From Chitinophagales bacterium (GTDB lineage: Bacteria; Bacteroidota; Bacteroidia; Chitinophagales; JADJOU01): 64,000 nt of DNA. Each line of letters begins with the position of its first letter. Position 1 is the stretch's first letter. The notes under the pieces are model-generated. The model did not search any database. It was given only the letters and a program-made list of their open reading frames with translations, and was not told the origin of the DNA. This document shows positions 41,930-55,207 of the stretch, piece by piece. The position numbers were made by a program, and so were the translations under genes. The stretch covers positions 14,027-78,026 of the forward strand of contig JAURJQ010000018.1 of NCBI GenBank assembly GCA_030832185.1, written 5' to 3'.

Positions 41930-43414
41930 ATGAAAAAAATCCTTATAGCCAATCGAGGCGAAATAGCCCTTCGAGTCATGAAATCCGCCCGGGAAATGGG
42001 CATCCAAACGGTAGCCATTTATTCGGAAGCTGATAGACAGAGTCCACACGTGCTATATGCAGATGAAGCAGTCTGCGTAGGTCCTCCTCCTAGTAATCAA
42101 TCCTACCTCCTAGGAGATAAAATCATTCAAATTTGCAAAGCACTCAAGGTAGACGCTGTGCATCCAGGTTATGGATTTCTGAGTGAAAATGCTGATTTCG
42201 CAAGAAAATTAAAAGGTGCCAATATTATACTCATTGGCCCTAGTCCTGAAGCTATGGATGTGATGGGCGATAAAATTTCGTCTAAAAACGCAGTAAAAAA
42301 ATATGGCACACCTCTCGTGCCTGGAACAGAAGAGGCTATTTCAGATATACCTGCTGCCAAGAAGCTAGCTAGAGAGATTGGCTATCCTATCATCATAAAG
42401 GCCAGTGCTGGTGGTGGCGGTAAAGGAATGCGCATAGTCACCAAGGAGGAAGAATTTGTAGAGCAGATGGATAGGGCGATGAGTGAGGCTAGGAATGCAT
42501 TTGGAAATGATGCCTGTTTTATTGAAAAATATGTGACGAATCCACGTCATATCGAGGTTCAAGTTTTAGGGGATCACCATGGAAATTATGTATACGTATT
42601 TGAGCGAGAGTGCAGCATACAGCGCAGACACCAGAAAGTAGTCGAGGAGGCTCCTAGCTGTATTCTGACTCCAGAAATAAGAGAAAAAATAGGAGAAGCC
42701 GCTATCAATGCAGCAAAATCATGTGACTACACCAATGCTGGAACTGTGGAATTTATAGTAGATGATAAGCTGAATTTTTATTTTCTAGAGATGAATACGA
42801 GACTCCAAGTGGAGCACCCTGTTTCGGAGATGATATCAGGATTAGACCTAGTCAAAGAACAAATAAAAATAGCCCGAGGTGAAAAGCTCAGTTTTAAACA
42901 GGAAGATTTGAAAATCAATGGACATGCCCTTGAGCTTCGCGTCTATGCCGAAGATCCACAAAATAATTTTCTTCCCGACATAGGTAAATTGGAGGTATAT
43001 CAAAAACCAGAGGGGTTAGGAATCAGAGTGGACGACGGCTTTAGAGAAGGTATGGATATACCTATTTATTATGACCCAATGATAGCTAAATTAGTGGTGC
43101 ATGGCGCAGATAGAACTGATGCTATAGAGAAAATGAAGCGGGCAATTTATGACTTTAAGATTGTAGGCGTTAAAACCACGCTCGACTTTGGACTTTTTGT
43201 TTTAAATCATCCCAACTTTATCAGTGGAGATTTCGACACAGGATTTGTTGACAAGTACTATCAGGCTTCAGATCTAAATTATTCGCTGAACCCTGAGCAA
43301 AAAAACACTTTAGATAAATTTTTTGCTACATTTAAAATGGAGAAATCAGCAGAAGATATTCGAATAAACAATACAATTCAGTCGAACTGGAAAAAAAACA
43401 GAGCTAATAGATAG
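41930..43414 (+). CDS. accC: Biotin carboxylase
   Basis: ILIANRGEIA, HPGYGFLSEN, KASAGGGGKGMR, ERECSIQRRHQK, EMNTRLQVEHP, YYDPMIAKL. Confidence 0.93.
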   Translation: MKKILIANRGEIALRVMKSAREMGIQTVAIYSEADRQSPHVLYADEAVCVGPPPSNQSYLLGDKIIQICKALKVDAVHPGYGFLSENADFARKLKGANIILIGPSPEAMDVMGDKISSKNAVKKYGTPLVPGTEEAISDIPAAKKLAREIGYPIIIKASAGGGGKGMRIVTKEEEFVEQMDRAMSEARNAFGNDACFIEKYVTNPRHIEVQVLGDHHGNYVYVFERECSIQRRHQKVVEEAPSCILTPEIREKIGEAAINAAKSCDYTNAGTVEFIVDDKLNFYFLEMNTRLQVEHPVSEMISGLDLVKEQIKIARGEKLSFKQEDLKINGHALELRVYAEDPQNNFLPDIGKLEVYQKPEGLGIRVDDGFREGMDIPIYYDPMIAKLVVHGADRTDAIEKMKRAIYDFKIVGVKTTLDFGLFVLNHPNFISGDFDTGFVDKYYQASDLNYSLNPEQKNTLDKFFATFKMEKSAEDIRINNTIQSNWKKNRANR

Positions 43415-43423
43415 AAATCGCCA

Positions 43424-43431
43424 TATATTTG
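43424..43431 (+). promoter_or_regulatory. -7 element TATATTTG for the OmpA-family gene
   Basis: TAnnTTTG match 31 nt before the ATG. Confidence 0.55.
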
Positions 43432-43462
43432 TAATATATAACGTCATGAAAGAAAACTTCTT

Positions 43463-44905
43463 ATGAAGAAGATATTATTATTTTTATTAATTATAGCTAG
43501 CAGTCTAACTGCTCAAAACAAAACTCAAAAGTGGCAGTTCAATGCTGGATGGAGTATGCATAAATTCCTCGATCAGAGCGTGGAAATTATGCCTAACTTG
43601 ACACAGATTGATAAATTTAACACTGGTTTTCCTTTAAATCATTTGAGTATTTCCAGACATTTATTCGGTGGGTTTTCGCCTGAATTGAAATTTTCTACAA
43701 ATATCGTAGCTGCGGATCCAAAGACGCAAATCTCTAAAATGCTTTTAGGAAATGGAATCTTTAATCTGAAATATTCTTTTGCCAACGGTTATATTTTTAG
43801 TGAAAATTCATTTTTTGAACCCTATTTTAAAGGTGGAGCAGGTATGACCTATCTAGATGCTCAGGACAACGATAAATTTCTTACTACATACAGTTTTGGT
43901 GGAGGTTTGGCTTTCTGGCTAAATAGTAAAAAATCCTTTGGAATTCAGTTGCAGCAGTTGTACCACACACTGCCTATGTTTAATTATGATAAGGACTATT
44001 TCGAGTATTCAGTTTCCCTTGGCTATAGGTTTGGGATGAAAGACAAAGACAAAGACGGGATACCTGATGATAAAGATGAGTGCCCAGATAGTCCTGGTAG
44101 TAAGAAGTTTAATGGTTGCCCAGACAAAGATGGAGATGGTATTCCAGATACAAAAGATCGATGTCCGGAAGATGCAGGACTGGAAGAGTTTGAAGGTTGT
44201 CCTGATCAAGATGGAGATAAAGTGCCAGACATCGACGATAAATGCCCTGAACTTGTTGGGTTAATTGCCTTCAAAGGCTGCCCAGATTTTGACAATGACA
44301 GTATTCCTGATTATCAGGATTCATGTCCTAAAATACCAGGCACAAAGAAATTTCAAGGGTGTCCAGATAAAGATAATGACGGTGTGCCTGATAAGATTGA
44401 CAAATGCCCTGAAGTTAATGGAATTGTTAAATTCCAAGGCTGTCCTGATAGAGACAATGACAGTGTGCCGGATTATATGGATGATTGTCCAGACACTCCA
44501 GGAATGGTCAAGTTTAAAGGCTGTCCAGATCCAAATGAGATTCAGAAAAGATCGATTGACTACACTATTTCATTTAAAGCACAGTCTATTTTCTTCCAGA
44601 CGGCTAAATTTAATATATTACCCGCATCCTATAAAATTTTGGATGATATTGCTGAAATCATTAAAGTAAACCCAGAGTTGATTTTTCTCATTGAGGGTCA
44701 TAGTGATATCCGTGGTGGAGAGCTTTATAATCTGGAGTTATCTAAAAACAGGGCGAGCGCTGTGGCAGAATACTTAGTCTCAAAAGGAGTAGGACGTGGT
44801 CTCATAGAGTCCATGGGATTTGGTATGAAGTACCCGATTGCCGATAATAGAACCGATAGTGGCAGATCTAAAAATAGAAGGGTTGACATTACCGTAAAAC
44901 GTTAA
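43463..44905 (+). CDS. OmpA-family outer membrane protein with thrombospondin type-3 repeats
   Basis: Signal peptide, beta-barrel region, six DxDxDGxPDxxDxCP repeats, IEGHSD...NLELSKNRA...NRRVDI peptidoglycan-binding domain. Confidence 0.92.
   Translation: MKKILLFLLIIASSLTAQNKTQKWQFNAGWSMHKFLDQSVEIMPNLTQIDKFNTGFPLNHLSISRHLFGGFSPELKFSTNIVAADPKTQISKMLLGNGIFNLKYSFANGYIFSENSFFEPYFKGGAGMTYLDAQDNDKFLTTYSFGGGLAFWLNSKKSFGIQLQQLYHTLPMFNYDKDYFEYSVSLGYRFGMKDKDKDGIPDDKDECPDSPGSKKFNGCPDKDGDGIPDTKDRCPEDAGLEEFEGCPDQDGDKVPDIDDKCPELVGLIAFKGCPDFDNDSIPDYQDSCPKIPGTKKFQGCPDKDNDGVPDKIDKCPEVNGIVKFQGCPDRDNDSVPDYMDDCPDTPGMVKFKGCPDPNEIQKRSIDYTISFKAQSIFFQTAKFNILPASYKILDDIAEIIKVNPELIFLIEGHSDIRGGELYNLELSKNRASAVAEYLVSKGVGRGLIESMGFGMKYPIADNRTDSGRSKNRRVDITVKR
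44042..44527 (+). repeat. Six 81-bp (27-aa) TSP3 Ca-binding repeats inside ompA
   Basis: Units DKDKDG..FNGCP through DRDNDS..FKGCP; 6 x 81 = 486 nt. Confidence 0.9.
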
Positions 44906-44927
44906 AAAATTAATGCTTAAATTTGAG

Positions 44928-44959
44928 GCGCTTAATCATTTAGATTAGGCGCTTTTTTT
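44928..44959 (+). terminator. Rho-independent terminator after ompA
   Basis: gcgcttaatc-attta-gattaggcgc followed by T7. Confidence 0.85.
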
Positions 44960-44963
44960 ATAA

Positions 44964-46487
44964 GTGAGAAAGTGTTATAGTTTAATTTTTTTATTCATTC
45001 TAGTAGAAACTTTGACTGCTCAGTTAGACTATTCCTCTAGAAAAGGTAGTCTGAGTGTAGAGCGGTTTGCTACTATTCACAAGGATAGAAGCATTGTGGG
45101 CTATGTGTCTTCCGTAAATTTGGAACATAAAAAGTCCACTTCGAAATCCATCTCAATTTTAGACATTAATGCCGATATCATTTTTCAAATAGAAATAGAA
45201 AATAAGCCAAATTACTATCTGGTAGAAACGGCGTTCAATGGTCAGCACTATGCTTTTCTTTTTTTAGATGTAGTAACTAGGAGGCTAGAGCTAAAATTGT
45301 ATGATGCAAATGGAAAATTAGTTCGGGAATTTCCAAGAACGCTGACTAATAAGGATATTGAGTATTTTCTTGCGCACGTTACGCACAATAATAACTACAC
45401 TGGTTATAATCAATTTCTACAGGAGCTCAACCAACATGGTTTTTTACTTATGCTTCATTCAGTAGAGTCCAATTTAAATACCTGTCAAATTTTTAAAATT
45501 ACCGCGGATAGTTCTCAAGAAAAATTTTATACCTTTATGTCGGAAGGTCCTATATATGAGGCGAATTTTTTGGGTAGAAGTAAGAGTCAAATCTATTTAT
45601 CCTTTGAGATAGATGGTAAAATGAAGGGACAATTTTTCACGGAGTGTCTAGGCATCAATATTGAGTCCTTTCAAAGCGTTTTTGAAATTAAGCAACTAAA
45701 AGATCAGGATTATTTCTTTTTCCCTAAGATAGCTCTGACTAATGATACGTCTGATAAGGTGAAGCTCGTAGGGTATTTTTTTGAAGCAGAAAAGAATATG
45801 GAAAATGATTTTTACGATGGCTTTGCTTTCTGGGATTTAGAAGAAAAGGGAGATTTTAAAAATGAAAAATATATATCGTTTCAGCGCGATATCAATGACC
45901 TTAAATTCAAGAAGGATAATCAGGGGAAAGATTTAGGATTCTTATTTCTTCAAAACATTGTCATGGATGGTTCGAGTTCTATTTTTCTCATCAGCGAGGG
46001 TTATCAAAAGGTAGCTCAAGGCTCAGCTATTGGGATTACGGTCATGGGAGGTATGGGCATGGTCAATGACTATACTAGAGTTAAAACGTATGATCTTACT
46101 TTATCTAAATTTGATTCAGATTTCAACTACCAAGGAACACAGATAATAGAGAAACCTGGTAATACTATTCAGCTCTCCTATAACTTTAATCAGCCTATTT
46201 TCGAAATCGGGAAAATATACAATCGCTATGGATTGTTCGACTATCTCGGCGCAGAGTTGGACAAAGAGAATCTGAGGATCTATTTTAAAAACTTTAGACT
46301 AGATGCTTTAAGTGGCGGAAACTATAAGGTAGGGCGCTATTCAAGGACAAAACTGGGTGCAGTTGATTATGTCAATATTGAGAAATTGCCGAATACAAGT
46401 GAAACCTACATCCTACCAAATGTAAAGGGTCGAGTACTATTTGCAGAAAAAATTAAAAAAACTATATATTTTGACTTTAAGAAATAA
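44964..46487 (+). CDS. Secreted hypothetical protein (DUF6770-like)
   Basis: Signal peptide, beta-rich 507 aa, ETAFNGQHYAFLF; GTG start; family call tentative. Confidence 0.55.
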   Translation: MRKCYSLIFLFILVETLTAQLDYSSRKGSLSVERFATIHKDRSIVGYVSSVNLEHKKSTSKSISILDINADIIFQIEIENKPNYYLVETAFNGQHYAFLFLDVVTRRLELKLYDANGKLVREFPRTLTNKDIEYFLAHVTHNNNYTGYNQFLQELNQHGFLLMLHSVESNLNTCQIFKITADSSQEKFYTFMSEGPIYEANFLGRSKSQIYLSFEIDGKMKGQFFTECLGINIESFQSVFEIKQLKDQDYFFFPKIALTNDTSDKVKLVGYFFEAEKNMENDFYDGFAFWDLEEKGDFKNEKYISFQRDINDLKFKKDNQGKDLGFLFLQNIVMDGSSSIFLISEGYQKVAQGSAIGITVMGGMGMVNDYTRVKTYDLTLSKFDSDFNYQGTQIIEKPGNTIQLSYNFNQPIFEIGKIYNRYGLFDYLGAELDKENLRIYFKNFRLDALSGGNYKVGRYSRTKLGAVDYVNIEKLPNTSETYILPNVKGRVLFAEKIKKTIYFDFKK

Positions 46488-46495
46488 TCCTAAGT

Positions 46496-47503
46496 ATGCT
46501 AGCTACCAAATATGAAGCACCTTCGAATATAGCTCTTGTTAAATACTGGGGCAAGTATGGTAAGCAGCTCCCTAGAAATGCTTCCGTTAGCTTCACATTG
46601 AATAACTGTAAATCTATTTTTGAAGTTTGTCTTTCAGATAAAGCGTCTAGAGATATTGAGGTCCAAATCGAATTTGAAGGTAAGGATAATCCAAAATTTG
46701 CAGAGAAGATATCGAAGTTTTTTAAAACTGTGGTCTCAGACTATCCCATTGTGGAGCAGTATAGGTTCAATATTGTTAGTGCAAATACCTTTCCACACTC
46801 CAGTGGAATAGCCTCGAGTGCTTCGTCCATGGCTGCTCTCACTATGTGTTTGGAAGAATTACAATATGGAACCCCAGACATACAACGCGCTTCAAATACA
46901 GCTAGAATAGGCAGTGGGAGTGCCTCTCGTTCCGTGATACCTAGGCTTGGGTGGTGGGGAGCTCATGCTGCTCAGCCTTTAAGCTCCAATGAATATGCTA
47001 TCCCAGTATGGGAAGATGTAGACGAAATTTTCCATACCTATCATAATGCTATTCTTATAGCCTCTTCTGGTGAAAAGTCGGTGAGCAGTTCTTTAGGGCA
47101 TGAGTTGATGAATAATCATGTCTATGGTAAGCTCCGATTTCAAAACGCCCAGCAAAATATCATAGATTTGTATGGTGCCATGCGCGAAGGGGACCTCGAA
47201 AAATGGGGAGAAATATTAGAATATGAGGCACTCTCTCTTCACGCCTTGATGATGATGTCACATCCATCGTTTATTCTCATGAAGCCTGCTACTATTAGTA
47301 TGATTGAAAAAATCAGAGGTTATAGAGATAGCTCAAAACTACCACTTTACTTTACCCTAGACGCGGGGCCTAATATTCATTTGCTCTACCCTAAGTCGAT
47401 TGAAACAGCGGTCAATGAATTTGTCATAAATGAAATGGTACCTCTTTGTGAGAATGGTGTCTGGATTCAAGATTGCGTAGGTAATGGACCAGAAAAACTA
47501 TAA
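46496..47503 (+). CDS. mvaD: Diphosphomevalonate decarboxylase
   Basis: APSNIALVKYWGK, NTFPHSSGIASSASS, GSGSASRS, FTLDAGPNIH. Confidence 0.92.
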   Translation: MLATKYEAPSNIALVKYWGKYGKQLPRNASVSFTLNNCKSIFEVCLSDKASRDIEVQIEFEGKDNPKFAEKISKFFKTVVSDYPIVEQYRFNIVSANTFPHSSGIASSASSMAALTMCLEELQYGTPDIQRASNTARIGSGSASRSVIPRLGWWGAHAAQPLSSNEYAIPVWEDVDEIFHTYHNAILIASSGEKSVSSSLGHELMNNHVYGKLRFQNAQQNIIDLYGAMREGDLEKWGEILEYEALSLHALMMMSHPSFILMKPATISMIEKIRGYRDSSKLPLYFTLDAGPNIHLLYPKSIETAVNEFVINEMVPLCENGVWIQDCVGNGPEKL

Positions 47504-48296
47504 GTCTTTTTCGTCTAAAGTGCTATTATTCGGAGAATATATGGTACTGAATGGGGGTAAATCACTTTCCTTTCCCTATAAATCGTTTTCCCTTAAAAGA
47601 AGTCAGCAGTATTTACTAAACAATAAATACTTCTTTCAAAAACTAGTCACCTACATAGAGCAGCATGATCGCTTGAGTGTAAGGCTCAGCAGAGATTTAA
47701 GAAGCGAGGTGGATTTAGGATTAAATTTTGAAAGCAATATCCCTGTAGGCTATGGACTAGGAAGTTCGGGCGCATTGGTTGCAGCTATTTATGATGATTT
47801 CTTTATAGAAAAGGCCTCCGAATCTAACGAATTAAAAACGGATTTCGCAGATCTTGAGTGCTTTTTTCATGATAAAAGTAGTGGTATTGATCCCTTGACC
47901 TCCTATTTAAATAAAGCTATTCTGAGCAGTCCAGAAGGTATTCAAATAGTCCCCAAAGTTGAATTAGGTCCATTTAGCTTATTCGATAGTGGTATAAAGC
48001 GCACTGCCAAAGAAGCTATCCGTCATTTTAACAAGCTTTTAACTGAATCTGATTTTAAAAATGGTCTCAGTCAATTGGCTGAACTTTCAGATATTATGAT
48101 CGAGCGGTGGTTAAATTTAGAGGATATAGCAGATGAAATGAAGCAATATTCTACTCTTCAGCTAATTAACTTTAAGGATTTCATACCAGCAACTGTTGAG
48201 AAAGAATGGCGTAAAGGATTGGATACAAATGAATTCTATCTAAAACTTTGTGGTGCGGGAATGGGAGGAATGTATTTGAAGTATCAGCTGATCTAA
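47484..48296 (+). CDS. mvaK1: Mevalonate kinase (GHMP family)
   Basis: SKVLLFGEY, NIPVGYGLGSSGA, SSGIDP, KLCGAGMGG. Confidence 0.82.
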   Translation: MDQKNYKSFSSKVLLFGEYMVLNGGKSLSFPYKSFSLKRSQQYLLNNKYFFQKLVTYIEQHDRLSVRLSRDLRSEVDLGLNFESNIPVGYGLGSSGALVAAIYDDFFIEKASESNELKTDFADLECFFHDKSSGIDPLTSYLNKAILSSPEGIQIVPKVELGPFSLFDSGIKRTAKEAIRHFNKLLTESDFKNGLSQLAELSDIMIERWLNLEDIADEMKQYSTLQLINFKDFIPATVEKEWRKGLDTNEFYLKLCGAGMGGMYLKYQLI

Positions 48297-48369
48297 AGCA
48301 AGAATTCTAAGCAATGGAATATTTTTGGAATTTTCACTAATCTCTATTCATTATTCATGTCAAATTGTT

Positions 48370-48377
48370 TACTTTTG
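48370..48377 (+). promoter_or_regulatory. -7 element TACTTTTG(CA) for atpDC
   Basis: Textbook Bacteroidota -7 element 42 nt before the ATG. Confidence 0.65.
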
Positions 48378-48413
48378 CACTCTCAAAATTATAAATATAT
48401 TTAATTAAAATAA

Positions 48414-49928
<1,515 letters not shown>

Positions 49929-49929
49929 A

Positions 49930-50008
49930 AATGTACAATGTATAAAGTACAAGCAATTAGGAATTATCCTACGACATACCTAATACTTTATATCTAATTC
50001 TTAATACT
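49930..50008. repeat. Degenerate heptamer arrays in the atpD-atpC spacer
   Basis: aatgtac-aatgtat-aaagtac... then acatacc-taatact-ttatatc-taattct-taatact. Confidence 0.6.
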
Positions 50009-50016
50009 TCAAACAG

Positions 50017-50262
50017 ATGGTACTACATATAATCACACCAGAAAAAACATTATATAGCTCAGAATCGGCTATCTCGGTCATATGTCCTGGTTTGGATGGC
50101 TCTTTCCAGTTATTAAGTAATCACTCAGCTATTGTATCTGCTCTAAAAAAGGGTAAGGTAGTCGTAGCAGATAATACTAACAAAGCTATAGAGTTTAATA
50201 TAGGCTCTGGATTAGTAGAATGTTCTAATAATTTAGTTAATATTCTAGTGGAAGAAGCATAA
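50017..50262 (+). CDS. atpC: F1 ATP synthase epsilon subunit (short form)
   Basis: LHIITPEK, PGLDGSFQLLSNHSAIVSALKKG; no C-terminal helices. Confidence 0.9.
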   Translation: MVLHIITPEKTLYSSESAISVICPGLDGSFQLLSNHSAIVSALKKGKVVVADNTNKAIEFNIGSGLVECSNNLVNILVEEA

Positions 50263-50285
50263 GTTTCTGCATACTTGATTTAGAT

Positions 50286-50318
50286 AAAACGACCTGCCTT
50301 TTGGCGGGTCGTTTTTTT
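50286..50318. terminator. Bidirectional intrinsic terminator between atpC and oxyR
   Basis: aaaacgacctgcc-tttt-ggcgggtcgttttttt. Confidence 0.9.
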
Positions 50319-50364
50319 GGATTGTAGAGTCGTGTCATCTAGGTGCTTCTTGAGAGATTTATTT

Positions 50365-51300
50365 TTACCTAGGCTCTAATATCTTCACAAGATCATTCGT
50401 CAGGGGTAGCAATGGGAGCACTAATTCTTTTATTTTGTTTTCTAGTTTTACCAGGAGTTTTTTCTTTACGAAATGCTGGTGAACGACCAAGCCAACCGTC
50501 CGCATAGGTATGGGCGCTAGGAAGGGATGCAGATTTATGGCATCTTCCTTCGATAGTTCTTTGGCAGCTAAATACGGCAGCAGCGTGGAAGCATTGCTCG
50601 CTTTTACGAATCGCATGAGGCTATCTATAGAGCCTGCCTTATAGTCAAAATGGAGTTTAGCATTTATCTTATTTCGATGTAGCTCGCATAGATTGAGTAC
50701 CTGCGTTCGCATGCAGTGCCCCTCTTCTAGAAGGCACAATTGGTTAAAGGCTAATTCTTTTATATTGACATTTGCTTTGGTCCGCAGCTGTTTATCGAAA
50801 AGTAGAAAGGGCTCTTCGTATAATGGATATTCTCGAATATCTTTTTCATAGAGGGGCGTAGATAATATACCGATATCTAATTCTCTACTTCGGAGCTTAC
50901 GAATGATTTCATCCGTGGTTTCTTCCCTTATCTCTATATGTAGCTGAGGATGCTGTGCTACAAAGTCGGGAAGGAAAAGCGGCAATAGATATGGGGCAAT
51001 CGTGGGTATCACCGATAGAGTTAGTTTTCCGTGAATCTCTCCGCGGATTTCTTGGGTCATTTCCTCTAGTTGGCTAAAGTTCCCACGAATAAGACGCAGC
51101 TGCTCTAAGATAGCCTGCCCCTCTAAGGTGACTTCCAAAGGTTTTTTCTTTCTATCGAAGATTTTTAAACCTATTTCATCTTCGAACTTGGCTATCATGG
51201 TGCTCAGTGTAGACTGTGTGATAAAGCATTTAGCGGCGGCCAATTCGAAATGTCGGTACTCTGCTACTGCCAGTATATAATCTAGTTGTCTTATGTTCAT
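50365..51300 (-). CDS. oxyR: Hydrogen-peroxide-inducible activator, LysR family
   Basis: HTH QSTLS, IPTIAPYLLP, LLEEGHCMRTQVLNLC redox cysteines; divergent from katG. Confidence 0.93.
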   Translation of the reverse strand: MNIRQLDYILAVAEYRHFELAAAKCFITQSTLSTMIAKFEDEIGLKIFDRKKKPLEVTLEGQAILEQLRLIRGNFSQLEEMTQEIRGEIHGKLTLSVIPTIAPYLLPLFLPDFVAQHPQLHIEIREETTDEIIRKLRSRELDIGILSTPLYEKDIREYPLYEEPFLLFDKQLRTKANVNIKELAFNQLCLLEEGHCMRTQVLNLCELHRNKINAKLHFDYKAGSIDSLMRFVKASNASTLLPYLAAKELSKEDAINLHPFLAPIPMRTVGLVVHQHFVKKKLLVKLENKIKELVLPLLPLTNDLVKILEPR

Positions 51301-51343
51301 CTATTCTATCAATATTAGTATCTAAACTATCGTTTTTGTCAAT

Positions 51344-51351
51344 CAAAGATA
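51344..51351 (-). promoter_or_regulatory. -7 element TATCTTTG for oxyR, within a probable OxyR-binding intergenic region
   Basis: Plus-strand caaagata; several CTAT/ATAG half-sites in 51301-51360. Confidence 0.55.
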
Positions 51352-51370
51352 AAAACTATTTTTGCTTTAA

Positions 51371-53644
<2,274 letters not shown>

Positions 53645-53662
53645 TAAATCTAAATCAAATTT

Positions 53663-53697
53663 AAAAGCGAGGTAGCCGAAAGTTGCCTCGCTTTTTT
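53663..53697. terminator. Bidirectional intrinsic terminator between katG and terC
   Basis: aaaagcgaggtagc-cgaaa-gttgcctcgctttttt. Confidence 0.9.
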
Positions 53698-53756
53698 ATT
53701 AGCAGGAATAAAACAGCTTATTTATATGGTAAAATATATGCCAAGATAGAAATAGC

Positions 53757-54461
53757 TTATGCAGTTTTGGTTGAAGATTTATTGCCAGCTCTCATCTGCA
53801 GAATATCTACCATAAACGAGAAAAACATGGAGAAATAAATATAGCCTTTAGGTATATGGAATTGGAGACCTTCCCCTAATAAGGATACACCTATGATCAT
53901 CAAGAAGCAAAGTGCTAAAATTTTAAATGAGCTATGTTTTTTGATAAAGTCACTGATGGGTTTGGAGGCTATCAGCATGATAACGACTGTTACGATAACA
54001 GCGGTGTACATAATCCATAGCTCGTCTACCATACCTACTGCAGTGATAATAGAGTCTACTGAAAACACGATGTCGAGAAGTATTACTTCTAATAGCAATT
54101 GTTTAAATGACTTTGCCTTCGTATGCACTGGAGAGTCTTTGTCTGGACTTTCTGTCTGATGGTAGATTTCTTTGGTAGCTTTATATAGAAGAAAAAGACC
54201 ACCTAAGATTAATATGAGAGATTTCCCAGAAAAGGGTATTCCTAAAAAGGTGAATAAGGTATTGTCCAGTTTTAATATCCAGGAAATGAAAAATAATAGG
54301 ACAAGTCTCATAGCCATCGCAAGCCCTAGACCCCAGTATCGGAGCTTATCTCGCTGCTCTTGTGGCAGTCTATCAGCTAAAATGGATATAAAAATAACAT
54401 TGTCTATCCCTAGGATGACTTCTAAAATAATGAGGGTAATAAGTGGGACTAAAAATTCCAT
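53757..54461 (-). CDS. TerC-family membrane protein
   Basis: LEVILGIDNVIFI, DIVFSVDSIITAVGM, KGYIYFSMFFS. Confidence 0.92.
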   Translation of the reverse strand: MEFLVPLITLIILEVILGIDNVIFISILADRLPQEQRDKLRYWGLGLAMAMRLVLLFFISWILKLDNTLFTFLGIPFSGKSLILILGGLFLLYKATKEIYHQTESPDKDSPVHTKAKSFKQLLLEVILLDIVFSVDSIITAVGMVDELWIMYTAVIVTVVIMLIASKPISDFIKKHSSFKILALCFLMIIGVSLLGEGLQFHIPKGYIYFSMFFSFMVDILQMRAGNKSSTKTA

Positions 54462-54467
54462 ATAATT

Positions 54468-55139
54468 CTATTTGAGTGATTTAAAAATTAGGGTAGTTAA
54501 AAATCTTTGAATATAATTATACTTATTCGTTGGATTCACATCAGTGAGTTTAGGTAGATTGTCCGAGAAAAAAATTTGCAAGTGAGATACCTCTATGAGC
54601 GTGCTCGCTAAGGAGCGGGGAAATTCATAGTCAGGATTATATTCACGGAATAGTAAGGACAGTTTCTCACACAAATCCTTAAACGGTTTATAAACTTGTA
54701 TTTTGTTAATTTCTTTAACATTCGAGTTTAGATAAACCTTGTTGCCTTCCTTTATTACTATATGAAACATAGCCTCGAGATTATAATAAGAAGTCAGCTG
54801 CGTATTTTTTAAACTTTGGCTCAAAACAGCTATGACCTCTTCTAACTTTTGTTTTGGGTCTGTTAAGTTTTGTAATTTGAAGTCAATCAATACATCTAAA
54901 TAGTGCCAATACCAATTAACTAGATAGAGCAGCAGCATTTGTTTGTTTTCAAAATAACGGTATATTGTTGCTTCAGTATGCTGTATCTTTGATGCTAGTT
55001 TTTTAAAGGTAAAGTTTTCAATGCCCAGCTCATGGATCAATTCAATACTATTTCCTACAATTTGTCGGCCAATGGCAGACTCCTCTGGATTTTTTTTAAA
55101 CAGCAGTGGATTGATATCAAAACTAAAATGTACCTCCAT
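54468..55139 (-). CDS. TetR/AcrR-family regulator
   Basis: GIENFTFKKLASKIQHTEATIYRYFENK HTH. Confidence 0.88.
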   Translation of the reverse strand: MEVHFSFDINPLLFKKNPEESAIGRQIVGNSIELIHELGIENFTFKKLASKIQHTEATIYRYFENKQMLLLYLVNWYWHYLDVLIDFKLQNLTDPKQKLEEVIAVLSQSLKNTQLTSYYNLEAMFHIVIKEGNKVYLNSNVKEINKIQVYKPFKDLCEKLSLLFREYNPDYEFPRSLASTLIEVSHLQIFFSDNLPKLTDVNPTNKYNYIQRFLTTLIFKSLK

Positions 55140-55150
55140 AAAAATAAGTG

Positions 55151-55158
55151 CAAATATA
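55151..55158 (-). promoter_or_regulatory. -7 element TATATTTG for tetR-terC
   Basis: Plus-strand caaatata, 11 nt from the tetR ATG. Confidence 0.55.
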
Positions 55159-55207
55159 TAAAAAATGTTATAGTTGGAACTAAAAACAATATAAATACAT
55201 TTAATTG

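Noticed and set aside
44042-44527. Regularly spaced repeats resembling a CRISPR array
   Set aside because: The units are degenerate, in frame and protein-coding (TSP3), with no unique spacers or cas genes
44009-44669. Three alternative-frame ORFs over the ompA repeat region
   Set aside because: By-product of the 81-bp coding repeats being stop-poor in other frames
44918-44925. TAAATTTG promoter-like motif after ompA
   Set aside because: Immediately followed by a strong terminator hairpin, so it is unlikely to drive the next gene; may be chance
51301-51360. Exact four-part OxyR box ATAG-N7-CTAT-N7-ATAG-N7-CTAT
   Set aside because: Only partial half-sites with irregular spacing (best AAAG-N7-CTAT at 51345-51359); binding is likely but the exact site cannot be called
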